This document shows positions 49,829-60,617 of a stretch of DNA of 64,000 nucleotides, in pieces (the first letter of the stretch is position 1; the number at the start of each line of letters is the position of its first letter). Position numbers and translations under genes: made by a program. Source of the stretch: an uncultured virus (IMG/VR IMGVR_UViG_3300027815_000008) (lineage: Duplodnaviria; Heunggongvirae; Uroviricota; Caudoviricetes); IMG/VR virus record IMGVR_UViG_3300027815_000008. One strand, written 5' to 3'. The notes under the pieces were generated by a model. The model did not search any database and was not told the origin of the DNA. It saw only the letters and a program-made list of their open reading frames with translations.

Positions 49829-51052
49829 CTATGGAGTACGACGGTTATCCTTCTTGACCCGGCGTAACTTTCCAGCCGAGAAGAACTTGCCGTGCCGCAT
49901 CCTACCTAGCGTCTGCGAGGGGTCCGTAGGGCCCAGGGGCTGGTCCGGGGCGACATGCGTGATACGGGGGTCATCCACGGTGATCGAGAGCTCGCTTAAG
50001 AGTATGGGTGGCGGGACGTCCGTCACTTGAACAGTCATACCGACGTCCCGGAGCAGCACGGGCGGGACAAGATCGGTTCCAGCCTGTGCTGTAAGCATGG
50101 TCTCTCGAGACATTACCGCCGGTGGAGTCTCTTGTGCGTTAAGGCCTGCTATGGCTACTTCGCGGATCATACCCGCGGGCGGGGGTAGGTCACCGCGACC
50201 CTCCCCCGTAACTACGACCTCGCGTAGGGAAACCTTAGGGGGGCTGTCGTTGCCCAGGGCGGTTAGAACTACTTCTCGAGGCCTCGGTCTTTGCTGCGTG
50301 GTGGTAATGATGCGCCCATAGGGGGTAGTAGGGTTCAATCGCGGCGCGAAGTCGGGCTGTCTGTAGATAGAATTCAGCTCTATGGGGGGTTTAGGCGTCT
50401 CCCCTCCCACCTCGGCATAACTGTTCCAATCAGAATCTACAAAAGAGACCGTGCCGGGGCTAAAGCCGTTACCCTCGTCCCTAAAGCGTATGGCAGCCGA
50501 GGCGTACAGGACCTGTCGCGCGACCCGGATGAACAGGAGGGATCCCGTACCCATTGAGGTTACAAAGGGCCTTTCGTACCCGAGTACAGTACAACGAATC
50601 AGACTAGCGTTAAGCGTGCAGTTGGATGCACTGAATACCGCGGATTTACTGCGGAGCCCCCCGGTCATGGCACAATCCTCTAACAGAACCTCACCCGTCT
50701 CCCCCGGGATGCCGACCGCATAGAAAACCTGAGCGTACTCCTGTAGCAACAAGTTACGGAATGTGACTTTACTCCCCTGAGTGAGCCTAAAACCCAGGTT
50801 CCCACTAACATCAGAGGGCCCCGCCCTGAAGTAAATGGTTCCTGCGGCCCCCTCTCCTTGAATCAGTAGGCCGTTGTCGGACAGGTTCGCCCCAGATCCG
50901 TTGGGCACCGTATGCTGCCCCGGCAACAGGTGCAGGGTACCCCCAAAAACGGCGCCGAGACCCGCCATGAACGTACGCTTCGCGAATGCTGGCGAGCCCC
51001 CGGAGTTAGCGTCGTTTCCCGCCTGCGGGTCGACCCAGATGTCGAGTGGCAT
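49829..51052 (-). CDS. Beta-helix (pectate-lyase-like) tail spike paralogue with C-terminal repeats
   Basis: DIWVDPQAGNDANSG...AKRT...LHLLPG; six RE[VT]-type repeats. Confidence 0.65.
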   Translation of the reverse strand: MPLDIWVDPQAGNDANSGGSPAFAKRTFMAGLGAVFGGTLHLLPGQHTVPNGSGANLSDNGLLIQGEGAAGTIYFRAGPSDVSGNLGFRLTQGSKVTFRNLLLQEYAQVFYAVGIPGETGEVLLEDCAMTGGLRSKSAVFSASNCTLNASLIRCTVLGYERPFVTSMGTGSLLFIRVARQVLYASAAIRFRDEGNGFSPGTVSFVDSDWNSYAEVGGETPKPPIELNSIYRQPDFAPRLNPTTPYGRIITTTQQRPRPREVVLTALGNDSPPKVSLREVVVTGEGRGDLPPPAGMIREVAIAGLNAQETPPAVMSRETMLTAQAGTDLVPPVLLRDVGMTVQVTDVPPPILLSELSITVDDPRITHVAPDQPLGPTDPSQTLGRMRHGKFFSAGKLRRVKKDNRRTP

Positions 51053-51064
51053 GCAGCAGTCCGA

Positions 51065-52387
51065 TCAGCCGTTGGTGCGTAGAACCAACCGCTGCTGAAA
51101 ATACCGACCCGTAGAACCTACCGGGGCAATAGACTGCACCTTGATCACGTCTACCCAGTTCGTAGGGTTGGTATCGGTACGCGCAAACGCGGTATCCGAG
51201 AAGCGGACCTCTGTAATGCGGTTGTTCACGGCAACGCTACCGGTTGTGCGGCCCACCACCTGAGTGTTACCTACCTCTTCAGCGCGCCAGTTGATCGCCT
51301 TGAAGGTCACTACCTTCCCGAAATCGAGTACAGGCCCAAGCATTCGCCCAGCAACCTGACCACCCCGTGTAGGGTCTAGCGCCCACAGCCTGGGTTCCGC
51401 GGCCAGCAAGATCAGGGGAGATGCCCCCGTTACCCCTTGTACCCCTACGGCGTTGAGTGCGGTGTCGTAATAAAGCTCGTCGTTGGACCAGTTGGTCCAG
51501 TCCGTGGGGCGTAGGGGGTCGCCTACTTGGGAAAACCGCGTGGGGTAAAAGAACGCTCCGAGCTGCCCGCCAAACTCCCCGGAGTACCTCAGGACAGATG
51601 CGGGGATCAAATGCAGGTCGGGGGGATCTGCCGCGACATCTGTGTAGGAGGGCGTGTGACTAAAGATAGAGCCCACCTCCGTAGATGCCGGGGCACCCGC
51701 AGCTCCTGCAGCCCCCGTATAGGCGTTGAAGCGAGTGTTATTGTAGGCAATAGCCCCCTGCCCCTCCAGGCTACTGAAGGTCGTGTAGTCAAACAAACAA
51801 TTACGTACCCAATCAAGGTTGATTAGGCCCTCCTGCCCAACCCCAGCTGTATTCCTATCACTCGCCCTACAAATGATGGGGTACCTGAACGTGCACGCGT
51901 CCATGTATAGCCGCAATATTGCGTTAACAGCCACTTGGGGTATGAAGTCCCCGATAGCATGAAAGACCCGCCCCCCGGACGGACCCTTCGAGGCCGTAAC
52001 ATTCTTCAGGATAAGGGAGGCTATTTGCGGGCTGGAGATGAATGGGGGCGTCTGCGCATCAAACTGAAATAGGGTGGCGTAGTCCTCGAACCGAACACCG
52101 ATAAATGTCGTGGTGATACCGGCGCGCAAACTAAACGCGGTGGTGACACCGCTACCCGCCGTCAAGTTGAACCGCACCACACCCTCAGCTTGGATCACCG
52201 CCCCATTCTTGTCCGGCGTGAAGTTGTTGAGCTGGTCCCTGTAAATCCCCGGCAGCAGGTGCAACACCGCGCCACCCGAAGGGCTGTAGGTAGAGTAACC
52301 CACGGCGAACGAGGCTTTGGCAGCAACGGCCGAGAGCCCAGTATTCGTATTGTTCCCGAAGACGGGATCCACCCATATATCTGGCAT
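51065..52387 (-). CDS. Beta-helix tail spike paralogue
   Basis: DIWVDPVFGNNTNTG...LHLLPGIY...DLHLIPASVLRYSGEFGGQLGAF. Confidence 0.65.
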   Translation of the reverse strand: MPDIWVDPVFGNNTNTGLSAVAAKASFAVGYSTYSPSGGAVLHLLPGIYRDQLNNFTPDKNGAVIQAEGVVRFNLTAGSGVTTAFSLRAGITTTFIGVRFEDYATLFQFDAQTPPFISSPQIASLILKNVTASKGPSGGRVFHAIGDFIPQVAVNAILRLYMDACTFRYPIICRASDRNTAGVGQEGLINLDWVRNCLFDYTTFSSLEGQGAIAYNNTRFNAYTGAAGAAGAPASTEVGSIFSHTPSYTDVAADPPDLHLIPASVLRYSGEFGGQLGAFFYPTRFSQVGDPLRPTDWTNWSNDELYYDTALNAVGVQGVTGASPLILLAAEPRLWALDPTRGGQVAGRMLGPVLDFGKVVTFKAINWRAEEVGNTQVVGRTTGSVAVNNRITEVRFSDTAFARTDTNPTNWVDVIKVQSIAPVGSTGRYFQQRLVLRTNG

Positions 52388-52397
52388 GACTGATCTC

Positions 52398-53390
52398 CTA
52401 GGCGGTTACCGTCAGGTCTTCGCCGATCTCGACAGCGGAAACATCAAACAGACTCTTGAGCGTGTCATTCTTTCCCACAAGTAACACGGCCTTACGCCAG
52501 ACCCCTGTGGGCTGTGCTGCAGAGAACAAGAGCGTGCCCACAAAGACTTCTGGCCCACCCACGTGCCGAACAGGGATAAGCCCCCCAGACGCGTGCATGT
52601 AGACCGTGTAGGTCACGTGCCAGTTAGCCGGATTCGAGAAGTAAGCGTCCGCGACCACCCTGGGTTTGTTCTTGATATTCTTGGCTGTGAGCACTGAGGT
52701 CAAGGGTACATCAGCGTAGGCCGCCTTGGAAAGTGCGGAGGTCGTGATGTTCCCCACGGCGTCTACCAAGAACGAGCCCAGGTTGCCCGGATGACCCTGG
52801 TACTCGGCCTCCATACGTCGCAAGATGGGGCGTATAGCAACGCTACCACCTTGGAGCTCTACCTTAAACAGCCGGGGGCGAGGCTTGATATTGGAGAATA
52901 CGACCTCACCTTTGAACTCCAGGTTGAGACGCATGATCTGTGGGGGACTGCCCCCCGCAACTATACTGCTCCCGCCGAACTCCACCTCCAGTCCCCGCAA
53001 GCCCGGAATACTGAGCCCCCCAGCAACAACGTCGCCGGAGAACTCCACTTCCAAGGAGAGGAGCTTAGGAGGAGCCCCCTCACCACCTAGCGTAGGAGCC
53101 CCTTTATACTCCATGACCAGCCGAAGGGGGGATGCCGACCCAGTAACGCTGGCTACAGGGTTCCCTTGGAACTCCAGCTCCAACCCCTGGATCTTGAACA
53201 GCCCAGTGGGGAACGGGGCAGGGTTCCCGTGAATCTCTATGGCCAACTCCCGCGGGGTCGGCCCCGCAGAGATCATGGCAATAGGCAACCCCTGAATCTC
53301 GATCTCGAGGCGATACGGGTTTGGGTCTGCCCCCAGAAAGGGCAGGCCTTGCAGCTCGACCTCAAAGCCGCGGGGGTTTGGCAGGGCCAT
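52398..53390 (-). CDS. Virion protein with about 10 LEVEFxG-type repeats
   Basis: PRGFEVELQG, PYRLEIEIQG, PRELAIEIHG ... LRRMEAEYQG. Confidence 0.65.
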   Translation of the reverse strand: MALPNPRGFEVELQGLPFLGADPNPYRLEIEIQGLPIAMISAGPTPRELAIEIHGNPAPFPTGLFKIQGLELEFQGNPVASVTGSASPLRLVMEYKGAPTLGGEGAPPKLLSLEVEFSGDVVAGGLSIPGLRGLEVEFGGSSIVAGGSPPQIMRLNLEFKGEVVFSNIKPRPRLFKVELQGGSVAIRPILRRMEAEYQGHPGNLGSFLVDAVGNITTSALSKAAYADVPLTSVLTAKNIKNKPRVVADAYFSNPANWHVTYTVYMHASGGLIPVRHVGGPEVFVGTLLFSAAQPTGVWRKAVLLVGKNDTLKSLFDVSAVEIGEDLTVTA

Positions 53391-53393
53391 GCG

Positions 53394-54620
53394 TTACACA
53401 CCCACGGTCGTCATGAGCATTCTGGCTTGGAAGTACAGGGCCGTGATGTTGAGGGAGGTGCTCTTTGCCGCGAGGTTCCAGGTGGGCGAAGCATCCCCAA
53501 ACAAAAACGATACGGTAGATGTGCGATACCCAATCTCTCGCGCAGCCGTCCCCAAGGAGTTGTCGATAACCAGCTTGGAGCCGGACGCAGGAGTCGTGTC
53601 CTCATCAGCCACCCAACCGAGGGCCTTGATGGTCACGGTCGTGGGGAATAGATAGACCTTGGAACGAATACGTGCACTGGACGCTGTGGGTGCAGTACCC
53701 GTATCTATTTGCCAAGCACCCCCCTGGAAGAGGCCCGGGCCTGGGGTGGCCCCGGCGGCGATAGCATCGGTCCCCGCGCCCCCTGTACCGCCATTCAAAG
53801 CCGGATCCCACCAGAGTGCATCGTTCTCCCAACCGGGCGGGGCAAAGGTGTTGAACAGGCCCGTACCAACCCGCAGAGCCGGCTGGAACGTGGCGCCAAT
53901 GTTGGACCCCTTCTCCCCCACGCCACGAAGCGCACTGGCTGCGGTAAGGGCGAAGTTCCCCCCAGCAGCATTCACAAAGCCGGGGCTAGTTGTGGAGGAA
54001 TCGAGGTTGCCCGCGGCTGCAGTGGCGCCAGGGTAGGCAGTGAAGGTGACCGCAGCGGCCCCATTGAGCGTCAGCCCCAGGGCATCGTTGTCATGAATGA
54101 TGCAGTTCTTGATCTTGCCCGAAGCCCCGAAGCTCGAGAAGTTCTCGAACGCCGCCCCATGCCCAACGATCGTGCAGTCATGTAGCTTGACCACAAACTG
54201 AGAATTTGCCGTAGAGGCCCGGATAGCTACCGTACCGGTCTTCGACGCTGCCCGGAAGAAACAGTTGTCAAAGATGCAGTCCGTCGAGGGGTCCTCGAAG
54301 GGTCGGCTGGTGTAGTTGGTGAACTTGATGCCCTGCAGGAAGATCATCCCGGCAGTGAAAGGTGAGGGGAGATTGAACAATTTGAGCTGAGTACCCTGCC
54401 CGTCGATGTTCACGTCCTCATCGAAGGCCAGGAGGGGTGACCCTATGTTCACGCTCTCCAGAAGGGGCTCCTGATACAAGCCCTTGCGAATGATGATGCG
54501 ATCCCCCGAGAAGCCGCTGGCTATCTCATTGGCCTTCTTGATGGTCTTGAACGGCGCCGCCAGCGACCCAGCACTGGCGTCACTGCCAGTATTCACATCC
54601 ACGTAGAAATCAGTTGCCAC
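53394..54620 (-). CDS. Beta-helix tail spike paralogue
   Basis: FYVDVNTGSDASAGSLAAPFKTIKKA...IIIRKGLY...NFALTAASALRGVGEKGSNIGA. Confidence 0.7.
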   Translation of the reverse strand: MATDFYVDVNTGSDASAGSLAAPFKTIKKANEIASGFSGDRIIIRKGLYQEPLLESVNIGSPLLAFDEDVNIDGQGTQLKLFNLPSPFTAGMIFLQGIKFTNYTSRPFEDPSTDCIFDNCFFRAASKTGTVAIRASTANSQFVVKLHDCTIVGHGAAFENFSSFGASGKIKNCIIHDNDALGLTLNGAAAVTFTAYPGATAAAGNLDSSTTSPGFVNAAGGNFALTAASALRGVGEKGSNIGATFQPALRVGTGLFNTFAPPGWENDALWWDPALNGGTGGAGTDAIAAGATPGPGLFQGGAWQIDTGTAPTASSARIRSKVYLFPTTVTIKALGWVADEDTTPASGSKLVIDNSLGTAAREIGYRTSTVSFLFGDASPTWNLAAKSTSLNITALYFQARMLMTTVGV

Positions 54621-54635
54621 GATAATCCTCCCAGG

Positions 54636-57600
54636 CTAGTTGAAGTCCAAGCGTAGTTCCCCGATGCGCGCCTTATCAAGCTGCCCGGCGTAAAGTGTGA
54701 GTCGAAGCGTGACGTAGCCCCCCGCGGTGAAGGCCCCGGCCCCCACAGTGATGGCGGATTCCGTCCAGGTCGTATTCTGTAACGCTCCCCCGTTGGTGAG
54801 CGTCACTTCCGCGTTGTTGGTTCCCCACATACGGGCCTCTACCTTCGCCATACCCCCCAACCCCTGGATCACCTGGTTGAAAAGCCGTAGCGCGTTCCAC
54901 GACACGAAGTTCGCCGGCAACCGAAACCTCACGACAACCGATACGTCGTTGGTGCCGGTTGCGTCGGTTGTCCACTCATAGAAGTTGTGGAAGTTCGTCG
55001 GGTCAAAGCCAGTTGTCAGGCCCAGGGCACCCGCCTCGTTGAGTGTCCCATCAAAGAAGACAACAGCCCCCATGTACTCCGGCACCAGCGTGTCTATGAA
55101 GTTGGATGGGGCAGCCGCAACCGCTTCCCCGACATCCTTCCATACCGTACCGTCATTGGTGAACTGGACCTTATTGGTCGTGTCCTCGAACCTCAACCCA
55201 GGCTTGTTGACGTCAGCATTGTTGAAGAGCACGCTCTTGTTGCCTGCCCCACCGTTACCCAGGGAGAAGGTATTCGCATTGGTCCCCGTATCGGTGTTCG
55301 GACTATGCAGTCTGGCATCTTGCGTGGTGACGTAGGGGTTGCCCGAACCCGGCGTCCCCGCAGTGCCGGTCATTGCATCGTTCTCGTTCTGTGCGGGTAG
55401 CCGAGTGTCTTGATGGGTTACAAATCTGTTGGTGTTGGAGGGGGCCGGCTGCCCAGAGATGATCTGGGCGGCATCCCGGTTCGCCTGGGTTAGCATACGC
55501 AGGTCTGTGTCCGTCACAAACCGGTTGAAGGTGGAGGGGGCTGCCTGGCCTGTGATGGTCTGCAGGGCATCGTTCTCGGACTGGGTAGGGACACGGCCAT
55601 CAGTATCTGCCACCGCAGCGGGAAGCGCCGGGTTGGCGGGGTCATTGGTGAGTACAACTACCCCCAGAACACCCGCCCCGGCCTTGGGTATCGAGGCGGA
55701 GGTTACGGTAAGGCGAGCCTCTCCTGAAACTATGTCAATAGAAGCGAGATCCCCCAGGACCTTCAACCGAGAAGTCAGGCCTTTATCCACCGATTCGTCA
55801 AAGATCGATATGTTCTGAGCATCAGCTGCACGGCCAGAGAGGCCTGTGAGCACGATCTCGTCGGCGCCCCCATCCTCATGGGACGCCTTGTGGCTGGCTG
55901 CCGGGCGGGCGTCGCTCAGCCGGGTATCAGCATTGGTGACGTACTTGTTCGTGCCAGAAGGGATACCCGATGTCCCCGCCAACGCCAACTTCTGGGCTGC
56001 TGTAGGTAACGACGGGATTGCGTCTGCGCCCGTCGTCTCATGATCCGCCCCGTGACCAAAATCCGAGATCGTGGCCTTGAGCTGCGTGCCGGAATGGTTA
56101 GCCCGCGCCCGGTCCGCCACATGGTAATGCGCAGAGGAGTCCCCGCCATCGATCAGGTCGGTTGCCTGTGCCCCCGTGAGATTATTCACCTGCGCGCCCG
56201 ACTCAATCGTGTCGAGCTTCAGTTTCTGCGCAGAAGCGAAGAGCCCCATCTGAGCGTCCGTGGTAGCGAGCATCCGGGGGTCGTTGTCCCCCACAGCCTT
56301 TGGGTTGGTCGCAGTAGCCGCGGCTACAGAAAGCTTGGTGACACCCTTGATAGTATCGGAGGCGTCCACGGGCGCTGCTGCGCTGACCGTAACCGTAAGT
56401 CGGTTGGCGGAGACCGCGGCAGAGACCATGGCCCCTGCAAAGTCGATCTCCGTCACTGGACCCAGAGAACCCCCCTCGTCGAAGGCCTTCAACGTACCGG
56501 ACGCCCTGATCCAGTAACCCGTCGTGGGGTTATCGTCTGGACGCTCGTCCCCGGCAGTAGCTTGAGCGTCGTATCGATAGAACGCGCCAGCGTCCTCAAT
56601 CAACCGGACCTGCTTGTCCTGCCGGTTGGCTGCCACGATCGCCCGGAGGTCTATAAGGGCCTGTACCGGGGCGGCGTAGAAGCCCCCCACAGAGGCCACC
56701 TGGGCCTTCACTGTGGCCAGGGTGGCCAACTGGGTGTCCAAGGTAGGGTCGACCCCAACGATGGCCGCTGTGAAGGCCCTGGAGCCGTCTGCCTTGATCC
56801 AGGCGGTGTCGGTCACGCTGACCGCTATAGGCCCAGGTCCGGAAGCCGGTGCGGAAGAGAGTTTGGCAATGCCTTTGACCGTCACAGCGGCATCAGGGGT
56901 AAAACCCAGTTCAACGTAGGCAACACCGTCGTGGGAAAATTCCCACTTCCCGGTCACCTGGTTCCAGCGCTGTCTTGGTGGGTTGGTTTGCCCGGTAGCA
57001 GCCTCCAACACCTTGTCGGACACGGCAGAGCCGTCTCCGATCGAGAAGATGTTCGAGCTGGTCCCAAGGTCGGCATTCCGGGCGTGCATCCGCGAGTCGT
57101 TGGTGCCCACTGCAATAGGTTGGGTCGCGTTGGCGGGAGCCGTCGTGAGTAACACAACCCCTTTGAAGCTGGTTGAGGCGTCCGTGATGCCCACACCCTG
57201 GCTGATATTGATATTCACGCCGCCGGTACCGTCATCAGTGACGTTGACCCCAGACCCTGCCCAGCTAAACGTCGTAGCACCCGCCAAGACCAATGCAGCG
57301 CCCAACTTGGCGTTAACCCCACCCGCGGGCGTCTGGAAAGCCGACCCGGTCCAGGTGCGGTAAGCGGACAGGTCAGATCGGTAGATCGTCAACCCGGCGT
57401 CAGCGGACACCAGACCTGTTGTTGACGGATCAGCTGTGGCCGCGGGTATCCGCACGCCTTTGGTGCCCAGGCCCAGGTCCACACGCCCATCAGAGCGCAC
57501 CTTGAAGAGCGCAGTACCGGCCAGGTTGGATACCAGGAGGTCGGAGGCACCGGCGCTATCTGGGAGGCGAATGCGTAAGTTCCGACTGGCGGCGGGCTGG

Positions 57601-58181
57601 ATCTGGATATCCCCTACGGAGTCGGTCAGAACCTGACCAACCAGGTCCCCTACGAAGTCCGCATACCGCCAAGCTGCCCCGGTATAGAAACGCGGTCTGG
57701 CGGTGCCGCTCTCCACGTAAATATCGCCGACTTGAAGCCCTTGAGTAGGGTCTGTGGTAGCTACGGGGAGGCGGGCGGCGAACCCAGCAGCAGGCACGAG
57801 ACGTACCTTGCCGGCCGAGCCTACCGTGATGTCCCCCACGGTGTTGGCTACCGACGGTGAAGTACCCGTAAGAGTCAGGTTACCGGATTGGGTAACCACA
57901 CCGGCCGTAGAGACTTGAAACTGATTACCGGACCCAGGATTGATTGCGAACGCGCCGGTAATAGTAAGAGCGCCCAGACCGGTAAGCACTGGAGCGCTGA
58001 TGCTTGCCGCCGTCAGCACGCCGGCTGTAGTGACCGAGAAGACTTCACCGGTGCCCGGATCCAACGAGATGCGGCCCGTAGCTTTGAACGTCGTCACCCA
58101 GCTGGGTTTGGTACCGGAATTCAGCTCCGCCTCGGTCAGGAAGGCGCCTTCAGCACCGGCTACGTGCGTCTTGGTTCCCAT
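54636..58181 (-). CDS. Long tail fibre protein
   Basis: 1181 aa; DASxxxKG[VI]xxL repeats, HKASHEDGGADEI, N[RK][FY]VTxxDxR repeats. Confidence 0.8.
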   Translation of the reverse strand: MGTKTHVAGAEGAFLTEAELNSGTKPSWVTTFKATGRISLDPGTGEVFSVTTAGVLTAASISAPVLTGLGALTITGAFAINPGSGNQFQVSTAGVVTQSGNLTLTGTSPSVANTVGDITVGSAGKVRLVPAAGFAARLPVATTDPTQGLQVGDIYVESGTARPRFYTGAAWRYADFVGDLVGQVLTDSVGDIQIQPAASRNLRIRLPDSAGASDLLVSNLAGTALFKVRSDGRVDLGLGTKGVRIPAATADPSTTGLVSADAGLTIYRSDLSAYRTWTGSAFQTPAGGVNAKLGAALVLAGATTFSWAGSGVNVTDDGTGGVNINISQGVGITDASTSFKGVVLLTTAPANATQPIAVGTNDSRMHARNADLGTSSNIFSIGDGSAVSDKVLEAATGQTNPPRQRWNQVTGKWEFSHDGVAYVELGFTPDAAVTVKGIAKLSSAPASGPGPIAVSVTDTAWIKADGSRAFTAAIVGVDPTLDTQLATLATVKAQVASVGGFYAAPVQALIDLRAIVAANRQDKQVRLIEDAGAFYRYDAQATAGDERPDDNPTTGYWIRASGTLKAFDEGGSLGPVTEIDFAGAMVSAAVSANRLTVTVSAAAPVDASDTIKGVTKLSVAAATATNPKAVGDNDPRMLATTDAQMGLFASAQKLKLDTIESGAQVNNLTGAQATDLIDGGDSSAHYHVADRARANHSGTQLKATISDFGHGADHETTGADAIPSLPTAAQKLALAGTSGIPSGTNKYVTNADTRLSDARPAASHKASHEDGGADEIVLTGLSGRAADAQNISIFDESVDKGLTSRLKVLGDLASIDIVSGEARLTVTSASIPKAGAGVLGVVVLTNDPANPALPAAVADTDGRVPTQSENDALQTITGQAAPSTFNRFVTDTDLRMLTQANRDAAQIISGQPAPSNTNRFVTHQDTRLPAQNENDAMTGTAGTPGSGNPYVTTQDARLHSPNTDTGTNANTFSLGNGGAGNKSVLFNNADVNKPGLRFEDTTNKVQFTNDGTVWKDVGEAVAAAPSNFIDTLVPEYMGAVVFFDGTLNEAGALGLTTGFDPTNFHNFYEWTTDATGTNDVSVVVRFRLPANFVSWNALRLFNQVIQGLGGMAKVEARMWGTNNAEVTLTNGGALQNTTWTESAITVGAGAFTAGGYVTLRLTLYAGQLDKARIGELRLDFN

Positions 58182-58190
58182 GGTCTCCCT

Positions 58191-60617
58191 CTACAAGCCA
58201 AACAAAGCCCACATGAACTGGGTCGTGGCATCCGTGCCGGTGTTCTTGACCTCGAACGTGTTCAAGAGCTTGTTCTGTGTCCCGTATGCCCCAACGGCTG
58301 CCAGCCCGCTGCCGACCAGCGGCGTAATGGCCACATGATACGCTGTGAAGTTCATATTATGAGTAATGGTTCTTGTGCCGGCACTCCCCGCAAAGGTTGC
58401 CGTGCCCGTAGCGAGTAACTTACCGCGCGCCACAACCGCGTACGTCTTGATTGCATCCGTGAACGCCGCACCCCCCTCAATAGGAGTAGCGGAGTAGACC
58501 TGAACCTGAAAGCTGGAGATCACCTTCGAGATAACCAGGTGCTTGAGCGTGCCGTCGGTGTACTCCCAATAATCACCGGATACGACACGCTCGGCGTTGA
58601 AACTAGCCGACGGTGCCGAGATCGTCTTCGTACCGTCAACGTACGCAAGCGCAGCATCGGTACGACTAGCAACCCGGGTAAGGCTGACAGGTACGGTCGA
58701 TGTATCGAAGATAGACCAGCGGAACTGTGCCGTCGCGCTCGAACCCGTGTGCTTTACCTCAAACGTGTTAGGCGTGATACTGCGTACCCCAACCACGCCC
58801 ACAGCAGCGACCGTTCCAGAGCCCATCAGGTCGATAAGGATAAAGTAACTCGCGAGGTTCTTGTTATGCGCTATCGACTTGACCAGCGTGCCGAGCACGA
58901 AGTTATCGATACCAGAGGCCACGAGGGGCGACCGGACTACGGGCGGGATCGCGTATATCATGTAGTTACCGGTTACCAGGTTCAGGTTGCCCGTATTCTT
59001 TATCTGGAACTGGTCCGCCAAGTGCTGCACAGGCACTTCCCCGAAGTTACCGACCGTAGCGAGCGATGCGTTGAAGTTCGGCGTGACCGTGACTGCATAG
59101 GACTGAAGCGAGAGGCTGTGCGTGACGGTGACGCCCACCACACCCTGGAACGTGAACGCACCAAACTGCACTGTCAGGAACTGCGCTGTATTGGCGCCAA
59201 GTTGCGTCGGAACGTTACCGCCGCCTCCACCACCGGTCCCTGTAGCAATCAAGTGGAAGAACCGGGCGATCGTGTTCAAGTTGTCGATCGGGAACTCTTG
59301 TAGGTTAAACCTACGGGGGATCAGAACATCGATATCCCGCCCGTCCGTATCGAAATCAAGAAAGTTCCCGTCGATATTCCTGATCTTGAACTCAAGCAAG
59401 AAAGGCTGATTCGGGTTGTCCGTGACCAGAGACAGGAGAACAACGGGCTCCCCCGGTGTATGGGAACTCGAAAGAGTCGTAGTACACCGCAAGGTACCGC
59501 GGTTCCCGTTCGACGGCTCAATATTGCTTGTAAACAAGGTATCGACCGTACGCAGCTCTTCGTTCAGGCCGCCAGGATTGATAACAATAGCTGTACCGGG
59601 CGGCATCAAACTCTCGAAGATGCTTGTCGACTTTACGACAACCTCACCACCGAAACTACCCACACTCCAATTCCCAGAACCGGTAGCCACGTTTGAGTGG
59701 ATCAACGCCTCACCAGCAAGGGGCGCATAGATCTTTGTGCCCGTAAGTAGATTCGTCACAATGCCTGGAGGGTTGATTTGAATGGCCGTACCGCCGGCAA
59801 ATATCACGATACCTATGAAGACCGCGTTGTTGACAACCACGAAGAACTTACCGAGATTAGCCAGAACCCCGACACGGTCCACGATGAATGTACGGTCTAG
59901 GGCTATGTAGTCCTTGGCTAGCGTGACGACATTGTTTGTCGGCGGCTGTCGACGCGATATAAGAGAGAGCGGCACCGCCAGAGCATGGACAGCGTACCCG
60001 TTGACCGTGACTGGGAACCAACTCAGGCTGTCCCGTACGAATGCCGACTCGTTGGGGATAATCCCTCTATCCGTAGGGGCAAACGCCACGGTTTCGTTAC
60101 CTATAATAGCCCGCAGATCAACGGAGTTTGTGAACCCGGTCTTGATGCCGCCGTAGTACGTGTAGCCATGAAGCAACTTCGCAAGCAGAGGGTTAGCCCC
60201 TATAAGGTCCTGCGAGGAAAGCACACGGTTCGTTGCGGACAGGCCCCCAGTAGCTGCCTTGATCGCCGCCTGCTCGGCGACCGTCAAAAGTCCTGGATGT
60301 ATGTGCTTCTTGAAGGCGTACCGAGCGTCCCCGGCACCTACAGAAAGCAGGTCAACATTCACGACACCCACGTTGGCGTCCTGGGCATCTTGTGCCGCCT
60401 GTACCGGGTCAGGGTTAATGGGCGTCTCGTTCCGTACCAGGGTCGGTAACCGGGTCGGATCAAACGTAGCGACCGACGTCCCACCAGATGCGCCCAGAGC
60501 CGCAGCTTTAGCCTGCCCCGCCTTGAGCTTGTCTATCTGGTCCTGAAGGCTATCGATGCTCGAGGCAACGTCCTTACCCGCTACTCTCGATTCACCTGGT
60601 GAGATGACCTTGGACAT
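58191..60617 (-). CDS. Tail or baseplate-associated fibre protein
   Basis: 808 aa beta-rich; three related C-terminal [VI][TA]H...NTFEVK.TG modules. Confidence 0.7.
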   Translation of the reverse strand: MSKVISPGESRVAGKDVASSIDSLQDQIDKLKAGQAKAAALGASGGTSVATFDPTRLPTLVRNETPINPDPVQAAQDAQDANVGVVNVDLLSVGAGDARYAFKKHIHPGLLTVAEQAAIKAATGGLSATNRVLSSQDLIGANPLLAKLLHGYTYYGGIKTGFTNSVDLRAIIGNETVAFAPTDRGIIPNESAFVRDSLSWFPVTVNGYAVHALAVPLSLISRRQPPTNNVVTLAKDYIALDRTFIVDRVGVLANLGKFFVVVNNAVFIGIVIFAGGTAIQINPPGIVTNLLTGTKIYAPLAGEALIHSNVATGSGNWSVGSFGGEVVVKSTSIFESLMPPGTAIVINPGGLNEELRTVDTLFTSNIEPSNGNRGTLRCTTTLSSSHTPGEPVVLLSLVTDNPNQPFLLEFKIRNIDGNFLDFDTDGRDIDVLIPRRFNLQEFPIDNLNTIARFFHLIATGTGGGGGGNVPTQLGANTAQFLTVQFGAFTFQGVVGVTVTHSLSLQSYAVTVTPNFNASLATVGNFGEVPVQHLADQFQIKNTGNLNLVTGNYMIYAIPPVVRSPLVASGIDNFVLGTLVKSIAHNKNLASYFILIDLMGSGTVAAVGVVGVRSITPNTFEVKHTGSSATAQFRWSIFDTSTVPVSLTRVASRTDAALAYVDGTKTISAPSASFNAERVVSGDYWEYTDGTLKHLVISKVISSFQVQVYSATPIEGGAAFTDAIKTYAVVARGKLLATGTATFAGSAGTRTITHNMNFTAYHVAITPLVGSGLAAVGAYGTQNKLLNTFEVKNTGTDATTQFMWALFGL

